The notes under the pieces were generated by a model that saw only the letters and a list, made by a program, of their open reading frames with translations, did no database searches and was not told the origin of the DNA. Below are positions 8,332 to 18,244 of a stretch of 64,000 nucleotides of DNA, in pieces. The DNA is taken from the sequence record PQ567651.1; one strand, written 5' to 3'. Positions within the stretch are counted from its first letter, which is position 1; each line of letters opens with the position of its first letter. Made by a program: the position numbers and the translations under genes. The DNA comes from Escherichia phage cardinal.

Positions 8332-8787
8332 TCACGATCCCACATTCCCATTTTTGATACCATAAATAGAATCATAAGGGCTTGCCTCTACGAACTCCTT
8401 ATCTGCGTAAGCGATAAGTTTATTTTTGAGATCTTCATTTTGTGTGTATTTAAGATACAAACCACGTTTGACAATCTTCTCCCGTAAAGAAGTCCAGGTA
8501 TCTTCATCATAATCTTTAACTAATCTGCCTAGACGTTTATAATATGCTTGTTCTTTTTCTCCTGTATATCTTAGATCTCCGGTTAAAATAGAAGATGCAA
8601 TATTGTAATCATAAAACAAACATGCTTTTCTCCACATCATATATTGTTCCACACAAGTAAATTCGACAGAACTTGTGATAGAATTATTATACTTGGGAGC
8701 TAAAGGTTCAATAAAAGATGATAGATACCAGTTGCTAAATTCATCTTTTGCCGAGAAAAAGAACACATACTTGTCAGTAATCCGCAT
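8332..8787 (-). CDS. NADAR (YbiA/DUF1768-like) domain protein, putative ADP-ribose N-glycosidase
   Basis: 151 aa; FFFS..DEFSN, CVEQYMMWRKA, YKRLGR, WTSLREKIVKRGLYLKYTQNEDLKNKL and SPYDSIYGIKNG align with the conserved blocks of E. coli YbiA. Confidence 0.65.
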   Translation of the reverse strand: MRITDKYVFFFSAKDEFSNWYLSSFIEPLAPKYNNSITSSVEFTCVEQYMMWRKACLFYDYNIASSILTGDLRYTGEKEQAYYKRLGRLVKDYDEDTWTSLREKIVKRGLYLKYTQNEDLKNKLIAYADKEFVEASPYDSIYGIKNGNVGS

Positions 8788-10185
8788 TTACACCTCCTTA
8801 TTGTATACTAATTTGCCACCATATTGTGTAACAATTTTTTGAAGATTTTCCAAATCAGAAACACTTACTGTTTCTGTATGACCATCTTTCAACTCTCTTG
8901 CCGTTAAAATACCAGTTTTTAATTTTTTCTTTATAGCTCTTTCAGCAGCCTTACATTGTTTCACTGTGCTAAAATCATATAAACAAATACGCTCCATAGG
9001 AAACATATTACAGCTATTTTGACGTTTTAATCGACTATCACTATTTTTAGCTATACCAAACTTAAGAGCAACTATAATATTATCATCCTTAACAATATTA
9101 ATATATAACTGCTGCTGACTATGACCAGCACACATAGGACAACCTCGACCGTGGCTTAATAAGGCATTAGCCCTCCCTGTCTGTTCCCCATGCACAAGAC
9201 AAAGATATTTAAACTTACCGTGACTTCTAGACGGTTTACCGATCCAACCTACCCAGACATACCCTTTCCCTTCTACTTCCTTTTTTACCCTGTAGGTAAT
9301 CTGATTTTCTGTATAGTGATAACTAGTTGCACAGCGGCAAGGGATACTTCCTTGTTTTAGGGGCCACCCTTTAGAGTAAAATTTACCATCGCAAACACCT
9401 GCTTGAACATATTCATCATGGGAGCAAACAGGACACTCAACCATCCATACTGCATCACGCTTGTTACGTTTCCCTGTATTGGTGAAGATAGTGCCTTCCT
9501 TAAATTTCCCTGTAGAAAAGAAATCTGCAATATGTTGATCGTCGGACATTGTTAGTGCCTTCCTTGTATTCTCATACCTACATAAAGGACAACCATAACC
9601 ACGTTTAAAATTGTTAATACTTGTAGTATCCCATTTATAACCACAGTGACACAACAAATCAAGTTTTGTTTTATGTCCTTTCCATTTTCCAACGTACCCT
9701 AACACCTGATACCCCTTCTTCTGTGCTATCTCTTCCAAGATCGGTAATTCTGTTTCCCATGCTAACGGTTTATTACTTGCACATGCCGGACAACCACGTC
9801 CATTCCTAAAATCAATAATGTTTGTGGTGTTCCACTCTCCATGTTTAGGGCAAATTATGCGAATTTTTGTTCGCACACCTCGCCACTCCTCGGCAAGACC
9901 TATAAAAGTAAACCCTCTTTCTTTAGCAATATCAACAAGGGAGATACATTCCTTTTCTTCTGTTACTTTTCTATGACCATTGCAATCGGAGCAACATTTA
10001 CCGCCTTTAGTTTTAAATACATTGATTATGGTACTTTCCCACTCTCCATGATCAGAGCAAGATAGCTTAAGCCTAGTCCTGCTACCTTTCCATTCACCAA
10101 CATAACCCAAGATTTGAATATTGTGATTTTTAGCAAGGGGTATTAATTCTTCTTTATATTGTTCCCATGATTTTAGTGCTACCAT
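8788..10185 (-). CDS. protein with five tandem zinc-ribbon-like repeats and a C-terminal T5orf172/GIY-YIG-like domain
   Basis: Five ~50-aa repeats of the form GY.G.WKG..T...L.C..HGEW......F..G.GC..C; C-terminus IVALKFGIAKNSDSRLKRQ...AERAIKKKL resembles the T5orf172 family. Confidence 0.5.
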   Translation of the reverse strand: MVALKSWEQYKEELIPLAKNHNIQILGYVGEWKGSRTRLKLSCSDHGEWESTIINVFKTKGGKCCSDCNGHRKVTEEKECISLVDIAKERGFTFIGLAEEWRGVRTKIRIICPKHGEWNTTNIIDFRNGRGCPACASNKPLAWETELPILEEIAQKKGYQVLGYVGKWKGHKTKLDLLCHCGYKWDTTSINNFKRGYGCPLCRYENTRKALTMSDDQHIADFFSTGKFKEGTIFTNTGKRNKRDAVWMVECPVCSHDEYVQAGVCDGKFYSKGWPLKQGSIPCRCATSYHYTENQITYRVKKEVEGKGYVWVGWIGKPSRSHGKFKYLCLVHGEQTGRANALLSHGRGCPMCAGHSQQQLYINIVKDDNIIVALKFGIAKNSDSRLKRQNSCNMFPMERICLYDFSTVKQCKAAERAIKKKLKTGILTARELKDGHTETVSVSDLENLQKIVTQYGGKLVYNKEV

Positions 10186-10223
10186 CTACTACTCCTTTTA
10201 TTAAATCTGGCATCAATACAAGA

Positions 10224-10246
10224 AAACCCGCCGAAGCGGGTTTTTA
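10224..10246. terminator. intrinsic terminator hairpin
   Basis: aaacccgccgaagcgggttttt with flanking A- and T-runs, between two minus-strand genes. Confidence 0.55.
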
Positions 10247-10259
10247 TTTGCTGGCTTAC

Positions 10260-11294
10260 TTAAAACACACTTGCCAAAGTTGCACCATTGGTGATAGTTG
10301 GTTCCAGAACAATACGGAAAGAATCTTCTGGATCATCACTAAACACAACGATTTTACCGCCTGTAATAAGGTCTGCTTTCATTTTTGTCGCATTCAATGG
10401 AATTCGAGCATCTCCTTCATCATCAAAAACCACGTAAGAGCTATTAGCAAGGGCTTCTTTAGAGTCTGCATCACTTGGAGATGACAAGTACACGTCTAGT
10501 GTGCACGAACCACCTAAAAAGATTGCAGGTGTGAAGTTATGCCAACTAGATACCCAGCTAACTTTCTGAAGTTTTCCATTAATAACAACGCTGCTGATAT
10601 CCCATTTATTACCACCACCTAAAGAAACACCCATCATAGAGATGCATTCTTTAAAGGATAAATCAGGGTAGAAATTAAGTTCTTCTACTATACCTTGGAT
10701 CACATCAAAGGACAACTCTAAACTTACATCCCAAAGTCTTTGGAAATTATCAAAGTGTGCTTTGTTATCCAGGTTTTTATCTAAATAGTCAATCATAGTT
10801 TCTAGTGAGATTTTATCATAATTAAAATTATAAAACACACGACTAGGACGATTTAAAAAGAATTCAGAGATAAAACCACTGTTTTTAGTCAGAATAAACA
10901 GTTTATTACCACTGCCAGTACCATCTAACAAAGTGAGAAGTGCTTCTTGATCTTGTTTCTTCTCATACACTTTATCAAACTCGTCAAAAATAATCACTGC
11001 TTTGTCGGTGATCTTGCTAATAAGTTCAATGAAATTAGCATCGCTGTAGGCTTGAGTAACCATAATAGTTGGAATACCTTCTTCTACAAGGTCACGACTA
11101 ATGAGTTTGGCTAACATAGTTTTACCACTGCCCTTAGTTCCTGTCAGGAGCAAACCTGTATTTTTACCTTGTGCACTCCGGCGATGGAATGTACGAATAA
11201 CGTGATTTGCTCGTTTTTCTGTTTCACCATACAGAACATCCGGTACACCTGTTAGATTACCACGGCTTAAAAAAATAATTGCCAAGGGGATCAC
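10260..11294 (-). CDS. AAA-type P-loop ATPase; N-terminal ~30 codons lie in another frame (to ~11388)
   Basis: Walker A GTKGSGKT and Walker B IIFDEFDK; clear paralog of 26400..27560; N-terminal homology continues in a different frame up to an RBS-preceded ATG at 11388. Confidence 0.6.
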   Translation of the reverse strand: MIPLAIIFLSRGNLTGVPDVLYGETEKRANHVIRTFHRRSAQGKNTGLLLTGTKGSGKTMLAKLISRDLVEEGIPTIMVTQAYSDANFIELISKITDKAVIIFDEFDKVYEKKQDQEALLTLLDGTGSGNKLFILTKNSGFISEFFLNRPSRVFYNFNYDKISLETMIDYLDKNLDNKAHFDNFQRLWDVSLELSFDVIQGIVEELNFYPDLSFKECISMMGVSLGGGNKWDISSVVINGKLQKVSWVSSWHNFTPAIFLGGSCTLDVYLSSPSDADSKEALANSSYVVFDDEGDARIPLNATKMKADLITGGKIVVFSDDPEDSFRIVLEPTITNGATLASVF

Positions 11295-11400
11295 GACTAA
11301 CAGTATAGAATCCAGGTGGAAGATAGTTAGATTCCACGCCCATATCTTTATTTACACTTACAATATCACCATAAATCGTGTATTTCATTTTAAACCCCTT

Positions 11401-11838
11401 TTATTTTTGTTGAGATGAACGAATTAAATCAGCAGCAAATTCAATCAGATACACTTTTGGTGCAATAATGATTTTTAGCCAATCAAAATTCGAAAAGAAA
11501 ATAACAAATCCTAAAAAGAAAAAGAAAGCACAGACAACAAGACCAACAATAGGTAAAGCAGATACTTCACCATAGCGATCTCGTGACCACAGGCATTCTT
11601 TATCTTTAATTGCTTTTACGAGGTTCCGTACAGCAATAAAAGTAATAAACATAAAGCAAATACTAAAAAGTTGCCATAAACCTGCGGATACTGCTTTCCA
11701 CAATAACAATTGATGGATTACTTCTGGAATTTGTTGTTTTCCAAACTCCACAACATCACTCATTGTTTGAATAGTGACGTTAACCATGTTCAGAAGTACA
11801 TCCGTTGCTTTATCTGCGATTGCGTTTGTTTTACTCAT
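11401..11838 (-). CDS. hypothetical membrane protein
   Basis: 145 aa with at least two hydrophobic helices (LWQLFSICFMFITFIAV, LPIVGLVVCAFFFFLGFVIFF). Confidence 0.45.
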   Translation of the reverse strand: MSKTNAIADKATDVLLNMVNVTIQTMSDVVEFGKQQIPEVIHQLLLWKAVSAGLWQLFSICFMFITFIAVRNLVKAIKDKECLWSRDRYGEVSALPIVGLVVCAFFFFLGFVIFFSNFDWLKIIIAPKVYLIEFAADLIRSSQQK

Positions 11839-12046
11839 TCTTTATTCCTCACTTACCTTTTAAGGAAACCAATCATAATGAAGAACCACATCCAGGCAGG
11901 AGAGATAATAAAGCCAAAGAAACCGCAAATAACCGCTTTCTTAATCTCTTCCAGACAACCCACCAGGAAAAGACCGAGTGAGACTACAATCCAGATAGCC
12001 ATAAATACTGTAACAAAGAAACTCATACCTTTCTCCCGTCTGTATT

Positions 12047-12298
12047 TTAAAATTCAACCACCACTTTATCGAGGTGCTCTGCTTCAACTTGATCTAATGT
12101 TAACACCTCAACTAAACCCTTGTCAATACCTAATTTAATAACATCAACATATTGTCCAAACAGATCCTGAATAGATATCTTGTGTTCGACAACAACCACT
12201 ACTTCATTCCCTTTTGTGAATTCTCTCCATACACGTCCACATTTGAAAATAAAGTCTGCTTCATCTGCTGTTATCATTTTAGGTTTGATACTTAACAT
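12047..12298 (-). CDS. hypothetical small protein
   Basis: 83-aa ORF; stop overlaps the start of the upstream gene. Confidence 0.4.
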   Translation of the reverse strand: MLSIKPKMITADEADFIFKCGRVWREFTKGNEVVVVVEHKISIQDLFGQYVDVIKLGIDKGLVEVLTLDQVEAEHLDKVVVEF

Positions 12299-12849
12299 TA
12301 TAAAACTCCGTATTCCGGCTCAAAATCATATTTTTCACAAATCATGTCCCAGCGTTCGTTGCCGAAGCTGCGACCACAAATTGCATCGTAAGCATAATGC
12401 TCTGCTAACCATTTTACAACAGTGTCTACATCGTTATCAAGTGGTAATCTGAATTCTTTGCCATATCGCATACGAAGAACAAATTCATCCCCTTCTTCAA
12501 ACAAGTGCATATGGCTTTTTGCATAAGAAGCCAAGTTGAAAAAAGATACCTCTTCCCAGCATTCTTTTTCCACTGCAATCCCGTGATCAACAACTAAAGC
12601 ACCGATAACGCGATACATAATAGGGCTAAACAGTGCGCTTGAGCTAGGCTGCTCTTCAACTACAGACCAACCTGTTCCCTGCCAAATTTCATTTTTGAAC
12701 CATTGTTGCATGTCATTCCCTTTTTCATCTACAAGGGATCGGTTACGCATTTCAAACCATTCTCCTTCGCAAAAGTATTTATGTTTAACACGTTTGCCTT
12801 TTAACATTGCTTCTTTGGCTTCTATCCAAGTCAGATCGGTGTTTTGCAT
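12298..12849 (-). CDS. hypothetical protein, possibly DUF2829-like N-terminal domain
   Basis: Start chosen at the GAGGAG-preceded ATG (MQNTDLTWIEAKEAMLKGKRVKHKYF...); the W.EA..A...GK.V pattern resembles DUF2829, family assignment uncertain. Confidence 0.4.
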   Translation of the reverse strand: MQNTDLTWIEAKEAMLKGKRVKHKYFCEGEWFEMRNRSLVDEKGNDMQQWFKNEIWQGTGWSVVEEQPSSSALFSPIMYRVIGALVVDHGIAVEKECWEEVSFFNLASYAKSHMHLFEEGDEFVLRMRYGKEFRLPLDNDVDTVVKWLAEHYAYDAICGRSFGNERWDMICEKYDFEPEYGVL

Positions 12850-12968
12850 TCGTTTATCTCCTCTCATTTGTGTATGCATTAAGATTAGCACAATAAAACA
12901 GTATGTCAATACTTGATCTGAAATTAATTTCTGGTATTCTGTGTGTATCGTAACAAAAGAGGTTAGAT

Positions 12969-13259
12969 ATGAACATCACACTAGCAACTAAGAATATTAC
13001 AGAAACTTTTGATGGTTTTGGCATTATTATTGCTGTTCATGGGCATAACGAAAAATGGTTAGCCTCTTTTGAAGAGGACAAAGAACGCAATGTACGTTTG
13101 AATGCACCAATCAAAGTTTTACACCAGGTAGGTGAGAATAAGAAACAATGGAGATCATACAAAGAGTGGAACATTACGAACGAGTTAATACACAAACTTG
13201 ACAAAGTGATAAACATGTTCGACAATGCACCAAGCAGTGCAAAACGTGTTTTACTATAA
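12969..13259 (+). CDS. hypothetical early protein
   Basis: 96-aa ORF, first gene of the long plus-strand block. Confidence 0.45.
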   Translation: MNITLATKNITETFDGFGIIIAVHGHNEKWLASFEEDKERNVRLNAPIKVLHQVGENKKQWRSYKEWNITNELIHKLDKVINMFDNAPSSAKRVLL

Positions 13260-13270
13260 AGGAGAGTGAT

Positions 13271-13624
13271 ATGAAAATTGTACACGATGAAATTCAATTT
13301 GAAGAGAGTGATCTTCTTGATCTAGATGTAGCACTAAGTAAACTGATCTACAATGCACTTTCTGCTTATCGTGCAAAAGTGATAGCCACAAACAATGTTA
13401 AAATTCCTAGTGGGTTACTTCGTCGGATGTACCCACACGCTAAAGGTGACTATCTACCTTATATGGAAGAACGAGCAGCAGAGCACTGGTTGGAAATTCT
13501 TGAAAAAATGGAGTCTTCTTTTAAGGACTCAACTCCACCAGAAGAAGTTAATGAAAAACAGCGGCAAGATCGTTTAGAAGGTCGTATTTTGTTTGCTAAG
13601 TATTTTCATAATCTGTGGATGTAA
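13271..13624 (+). CDS. hypothetical protein
   Basis: 117-aa ORF; AGGAG RBS. Confidence 0.45.
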   Translation: MKIVHDEIQFEESDLLDLDVALSKLIYNALSAYRAKVIATNNVKIPSGLLRRMYPHAKGDYLPYMEERAAEHWLEILEKMESSFKDSTPPEEVNEKQRQDRLEGRILFAKYFHNLWM

Positions 13625-13788
13625 CAAGGAGTAAACATGGTTATCTACAAAAATAAGTTCACTGGCTGTCTGCGTAAATTTATTGACAAAAAAGGGTATG
13701 TTTCTGTTGACAATGGTGTTACGTGGGTGCAAAATGGCACTTCAGAACAACTGATCAAGGCTTTACCTTACTATGAGGAGTTTACAAA

Positions 13789-13989
13789 ATGACAGGATGG
13801 GCAAAAGTAGAAGATCCATACGATATCCCACTAGGTGAGTATGTGGTGGTAATGGAAGATGGTGGAAAAGGGTATTGTGAAGTGCATAAAAGTATGTCTG
13901 GTAAGATTATTGTGGTGAACCATCATTTTCACTTTGATTACCCTCCCATTGTGGCATATATGCCTTTACCTAAATATGAAGGGGATTAA
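13789..13989 (+). CDS. hypothetical small protein
   Basis: 66-aa ORF. Confidence 0.4.
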   Translation: MTGWAKVEDPYDIPLGEYVVVMEDGGKGYCEVHKSMSGKIIVVNHHFHFDYPPIVAYMPLPKYEGD

Positions 13990-14132
13990 ATGTTATTCTT
14001 TAGACTTAATATTGCTTTTTGTTTGTTTGCAAACATTGCATTCTGGGTATTGGGTAGTGTAAAATTAGGCTACTTCTTTATTGTACTACAAGCTATTTGT
14101 TTAGCTGGTCAAATAATCACTAAGGGGCGAGT

Positions 14133-14561
14133 ATGACACAACAAATCCAAGACAAGTTTAATGAACTCTATCCAGCAAGCGAAAGCGGCACTCATAACGT
14201 GCGTAAATCGCTCTATAACGTCTTTAAAGCAGGATGGGAGGCTTGCCTTCAGGCTCAAGAAGAACCAGCTTCAGGGACGCGTAACGGCTTTTATATCCCG
14301 ATTGTTGAAAGTGAGGAAGGATGGGGTAGCAAACATGATGGTTATATGGTAGGATTCACCATAGAAGATCTTGAAGAACGCCGTAAAGTCTTTGAGGCAG
14401 CTAATACAGAAAAGTATGGCTACTATTATGAACGACCTGTTCGTTACATTCCTGTTGTGCTTAGTCCTAAAGCTGTTGAAACAATGTCTGCAACAGAAAA
14501 AGAAAGGACTCGCCATTGTGTATGGTTTGACGATATTGACGATTTTCGATTTGGAGAATAA
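14133..14561 (+). CDS. hypothetical protein
   Basis: 142-aa ORF. Confidence 0.5.
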   Translation: MTQQIQDKFNELYPASESGTHNVRKSLYNVFKAGWEACLQAQEEPASGTRNGFYIPIVESEEGWGSKHDGYMVGFTIEDLEERRKVFEAANTEKYGYYYERPVRYIPVVLSPKAVETMSATEKERTRHCVWFDDIDDFRFGE

Positions 14562-14564
14562 ATT

Positions 14565-14837
14565 ATGAAAAATAAACACCCTTACTACAAATTATTGCAT
14601 GTACTGCGCCGATTGCGCAATAAACAGATTGAAGATTTCCGTCACTTCAAGCGTGATCGTGTGAATCGTCAATGGATGGATCATCGTTTCTTCTCTTTAA
14701 CTGTACGTAAGTTCCGTGAAGAGATTAAGAAGACAGACCAGGTAATTGCAGGTGCTAAACGTGCAATCTCTATGTCAAAAATCACAGGTGTAAATCATAT
14801 GTACGACTTCAAAACAGACTCTGTTGTACCTATGTAA
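14565..14837 (+). CDS. hypothetical basic protein
   Basis: 90-aa ORF rich in R/K. Confidence 0.45.
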   Translation: MKNKHPYYKLLHVLRRLRNKQIEDFRHFKRDRVNRQWMDHRFFSLTVRKFREEIKKTDQVIAGAKRAISMSKITGVNHMYDFKTDSVVPM

Positions 14838-15001
14838 AAGTATTTTGTAAAGTTTTGTGGAGAGTATTGACTTTTTCAGAAAAACATGCTACCCTAAACC
14901 TGAAAGGTGACGAGCGAAGCGAGTTAGTATTCTCTATAGATATTGTTCCTGTCACTCATGGAGGGGCAGGAACAGAGTATATTACTGTATAGGAGAATGC
15001 T

Positions 15002-15208
15002 ATGGATATTACTACACTAAAGTTTATACTTCTCTTCTTACTTATAGTTATAGGCTTAATTGTTATACCCTATCTATATGTCTACATGTTATCTCGTAAG
15101 TATGGTTATGAGCGTATACCATTTTACTATTTAATACCTGTCTTAGTTATCTATCTATTTCTCTTTTGTAGATATTGTCCTGAACTAGTCCTGAACATTG
15201 GAAGTTAG
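15002..15208 (+). CDS. hypothetical small membrane protein
   Basis: 68 aa, two hydrophobic helices. Confidence 0.4.
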   Translation: MDITTLKFILLFLLIVIGLIVIPYLYVYMLSRKYGYERIPFYYLIPVLVIYLFLFCRYCPELVLNIGS

Positions 15209-15502
15209 AACCTGTTGAAGTTTACCATCGTGTATGGAAGACAAAATACAGATCTAACAGTAATTAGTTATTGACTCTATCTACTAAATAATCTAGACTC
15301 TATGTAAAGTTTACTAAGGAGATTACTATGCAAAACATTTCTATCACTAAAACAAAAAGATCTGTACCTAAACTTACTCACTCTACCTACCCTGTTATCA
15401 TCCGAAAAGGAAAAGAATGGATTAAAGATGATCATGGTGGTTATGTAGAAGTGTCAAAGCTGAAAGAAGCAGAAGTTAACTTTGTACGCTAAGGAGTAGA
15501 TT

Positions 15503-15784
15503 ATGACTGAAGAGTTTAAGCAATGGTTTGATAAAAACTTTCTACCACATCTGTGGCCTAATGAAGAAGAACGTCAAGAGATGATGATCTACACTTGGCT
15601 TGCCTGGCGGGATGGCATCCGTAGCAAAGAAGCACAGGAAGAGGAACCTATTGCTTACATCTTTAAACATCCAGCAGGTAAGTTGTTTTGGGCTTTAACA
15701 GATGAAAGTAATAAAGATCACGACGATGTTATTCCTGTGTATACCAAGAGCAATGTAAAGGATCAATCAGATGACAATGTATAG
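15503..15784 (+). CDS. hypothetical protein
   Basis: 93-aa ORF; RBS AAGGAG. Confidence 0.45.
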   Translation: MTEEFKQWFDKNFLPHLWPNEEERQEMMIYTWLAWRDGIRSKEAQEEEPIAYIFKHPAGKLFWALTDESNKDHDDVIPVYTKSNVKDQSDDNV

Positions 15785-16253
15785 CATATGGGGTAGAATG
15801 GGCGAAGACCATGATTACTATTGCTTGAAAAGTAATGTTGAACAGGCAGATGTTGATAAAATTATAAAGCACTACCTAAAAACATGGCGTGAAGTGGAGT
15901 TTAGAGAGTTCGCTATCCTCCATAGTCAAGAAGGAGAAAAGGAGATAGACATGAGTACACTAACTAAAGCAGTACAAACGCATAAAGAATATGAGGAAGC
16001 AGTTAAAGATGAAATAAACCCTACTTCACTGACCTTCGAAAACCTTACCCCTTTGTTTTGGTCATACGATGGTAATGAAATTCTTACACATCATACACCA
16101 GAAGCCGTTAAAAATTGGGAAGGCTGTTGTAATTCCTATGAGGTATTATATGTCGTAGAAGAAGATGATACGTACATTATGTTCCGCATAGATAACGGTT
16201 GTGGTGATCAATGGGATATTGTTCTTTCTAAACATTTGCAATTGGGTGGTTAA
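15771..16253 (+). CDS. hypothetical protein
   Basis: 160-aa ORF overlapping the previous stop. Confidence 0.5.
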   Translation: MTMYSIWGRMGEDHDYYCLKSNVEQADVDKIIKHYLKTWREVEFREFAILHSQEGEKEIDMSTLTKAVQTHKEYEEAVKDEINPTSLTFENLTPLFWSYDGNEILTHHTPEAVKNWEGCCNSYEVLYVVEEDDTYIMFRIDNGCGDQWDIVLSKHLQLGG

Positions 16254-16254
16254 A

Positions 16255-16617
16255 ATGCTAAAGTACCTGATGATCACTTGGTTATGTTTACTTTCATTTG
16301 CTGGACATGCAACAGAAGGTTTTAAACTTGGTGCTGACGGTACTAAATTCTTTACATATTGGGGTGGGAAAGCCTTATACCAAGAAGAAAAGAATAGCAT
16401 AGAGTGTACGGTTAGTAAGAAGATTAAATCAGTAGATCAATATGGGGATGCCTATACTGGTGTAGGTTTTAACTGTGGAAAAGATTTATTTCTATTTGTT
16501 AAGAAGTATTTAGATGTTAACCTTGTATTGCTTATTGTTGTAGATCCTGCTAAGTTTGAAGAGCGTAAAGCATATCGTGCAGATATGTTCTTAGAATATG
16601 ATGATAAGGAGAAATAA
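16255..16617 (+). CDS. hypothetical secreted protein
   Basis: Start at MLKYLMITWLCLLSFAGHA (signal-peptide-like), ATG overlapping the upstream stop. Confidence 0.45.
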   Translation: MLKYLMITWLCLLSFAGHATEGFKLGADGTKFFTYWGGKALYQEEKNSIECTVSKKIKSVDQYGDAYTGVGFNCGKDLFLFVKKYLDVNLVLLIVVDPAKFEERKAYRADMFLEYDDKEK

Positions 16618-16968
16618 ATGCTTGATGTAACTATTAATGGTGTTAAATATATTCCTTATGTAGAGAAAAGCAATCCTGATGCCTTGGATGTTATGTTTGA
16701 GGATTCAGATCTTGGTACTGTCACTGTACGGGAATATTTCCGACAACTACTCTCTACGTTATGGAGAGAAGAAGAGTGTTTTAATGGTAAACGTCCATTT
16801 GGTAACTCATGCTGGCAATTTGATATGATCCGCGCCTTAATTGAGGCAGGGTATATTGAAGGTACAGTTGTGTACGATGAAGATGGATATCCAGAAGAGA
16901 CTGACTACGACAGTAAAGAAGCTAATAAATTTATACAGGGCTTGATTGCACAGATGTGTTTGGGTTAA
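16618..16968 (+). CDS. hypothetical protein
   Basis: 116-aa ORF. Confidence 0.5.
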   Translation: MLDVTINGVKYIPYVEKSNPDALDVMFEDSDLGTVTVREYFRQLLSTLWREEECFNGKRPFGNSCWQFDMIRALIEAGYIEGTVVYDEDGYPEETDYDSKEANKFIQGLIAQMCLG

Positions 16969-16969
16969 T

Positions 16970-17356
16970 ATGAAAGTATTAAATTTTTACCACTTAGGTA
17001 AAGTAATACCTGAAGGTGCAGTGTACATTGGCAGAGCTATGCCTCATATGGGACTAAAAGCCTCAAAGTTTGCAAATCCTTTTAAGCTAAAGGATGATGA
17101 ACCACGAGGATCAACTATACAAAGATATAAAGAGTGGTTGTGGGAACAAATTCGTTGTGGTAAAATCACTCTTGAGGATTTGTTAGAATTAGAAGGGAAA
17201 GACTTAGTTTGCTTCTGCGCACCTCAACCTTGTCATGGTGATGTGTTGGTAGCAGCGGTTGCTTGGGCTAGAACAGAGTGGGATAAAAGGCATCCTACTT
17301 ACACAGATGATTATTGGATTTGGGAGGATATTTATGAAGACTACACAAGAAATTAA
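16970..17356 (+). CDS. DUF4326-like protein
   Basis: SKFANPF...YKEWL...GKDLVCFCAPQPCHGDVL matches the conserved signature of the DUF4326 family. Confidence 0.5.
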   Translation: MKVLNFYHLGKVIPEGAVYIGRAMPHMGLKASKFANPFKLKDDEPRGSTIQRYKEWLWEQIRCGKITLEDLLELEGKDLVCFCAPQPCHGDVLVAAVAWARTEWDKRHPTYTDDYWIWEDIYEDYTRN

Positions 17357-17699
17357 CGTATTTGATCTGTCAGGTTTAGATATGGAAAAAGCAACCCTGT
17401 ATCATCACGATAAAGATAACATTACATACATCTACATCGGAGCAGATAAATATAACATTCCTGAAAACTCCCTGGCAGTAATGAAGGAAGGGGATATGCC
17501 TTTGCAAGAGAAGATGATTGGTTTTTCCTTTCGTCAAGATGTTAAGATGGATGGTGTTATTGCTATCTTCCAGGTGGACGAGTTTTATATGGTTACTTTT
17601 GTCACACCAAATTTCACCAATATCAATGGGGAAGAGGCAGCAAACGATGTTATTGTTCTAACGTTGGGTAATGCCTTAAAAGATTTAGAAAACGTTTAA
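17334..17699 (+). CDS. hypothetical protein
   Basis: Start at GGGAGGA-preceded ATG (MKTTQEINVF...). Confidence 0.45.
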   Translation: MKTTQEINVFDLSGLDMEKATLYHHDKDNITYIYIGADKYNIPENSLAVMKEGDMPLQEKMIGFSFRQDVKMDGVIAIFQVDEFYMVTFVTPNFTNINGEEAANDVIVLTLGNALKDLENV

Positions 17700-17720
17700 C
17701 AAACCAATAAGGAAAATATA

Positions 17721-18236
17721 ATGTTTTTTGATGCTCAATCTCCACTTGTTGACTCTGTAAGCAGGGCGGTAATATATCCAGACTTTGATGAAAGAGAAAT
17801 ATGGCTTAAGGAACACCACTATGATCCAGAAAATGTCAACTGGTGCAATCTGGATGTTGGTAAGTATCCGCGAGATAAGGGCATCTTGAAATATTATGCT
17901 TGCTATACGGTGGATAACATCTATGAATACTACGTGTTTCGTAGTTTGATTATCCATCTAAATAAATTGGGTGCTCTAACAGGGGATTCTCAATTTACTC
18001 TAGGCCACTATAAACCATTTAAGAAAGGTGGAGAGCACTTTCCAAGCAATTGGATTATACAAACATTAAAAGATAATTCTCGTGCTAGTGATGTTATCCC
18101 AGACAAAAAAGAAAAGTGGACATGGCATGAGCAAATGGAGTATATTATACAACATATGCCACAACGTGTATTGTATGAGGAAAAGTTGGTCAACCGTTGT
18201 GCCGAGTTAATACAGATTGTTAAAGGGTTTTACTAG
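17721..18236 (+). CDS. hypothetical protein
   Basis: 171-aa ORF. Confidence 0.5.
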   Translation: MFFDAQSPLVDSVSRAVIYPDFDEREIWLKEHHYDPENVNWCNLDVGKYPRDKGILKYYACYTVDNIYEYYVFRSLIIHLNKLGALTGDSQFTLGHYKPFKKGGEHFPSNWIIQTLKDNSRASDVIPDKKEKWTWHEQMEYIIQHMPQRVLYEEKLVNRCAELIQIVKGFY

Positions 18237-18244
18237 GGGGAAAT

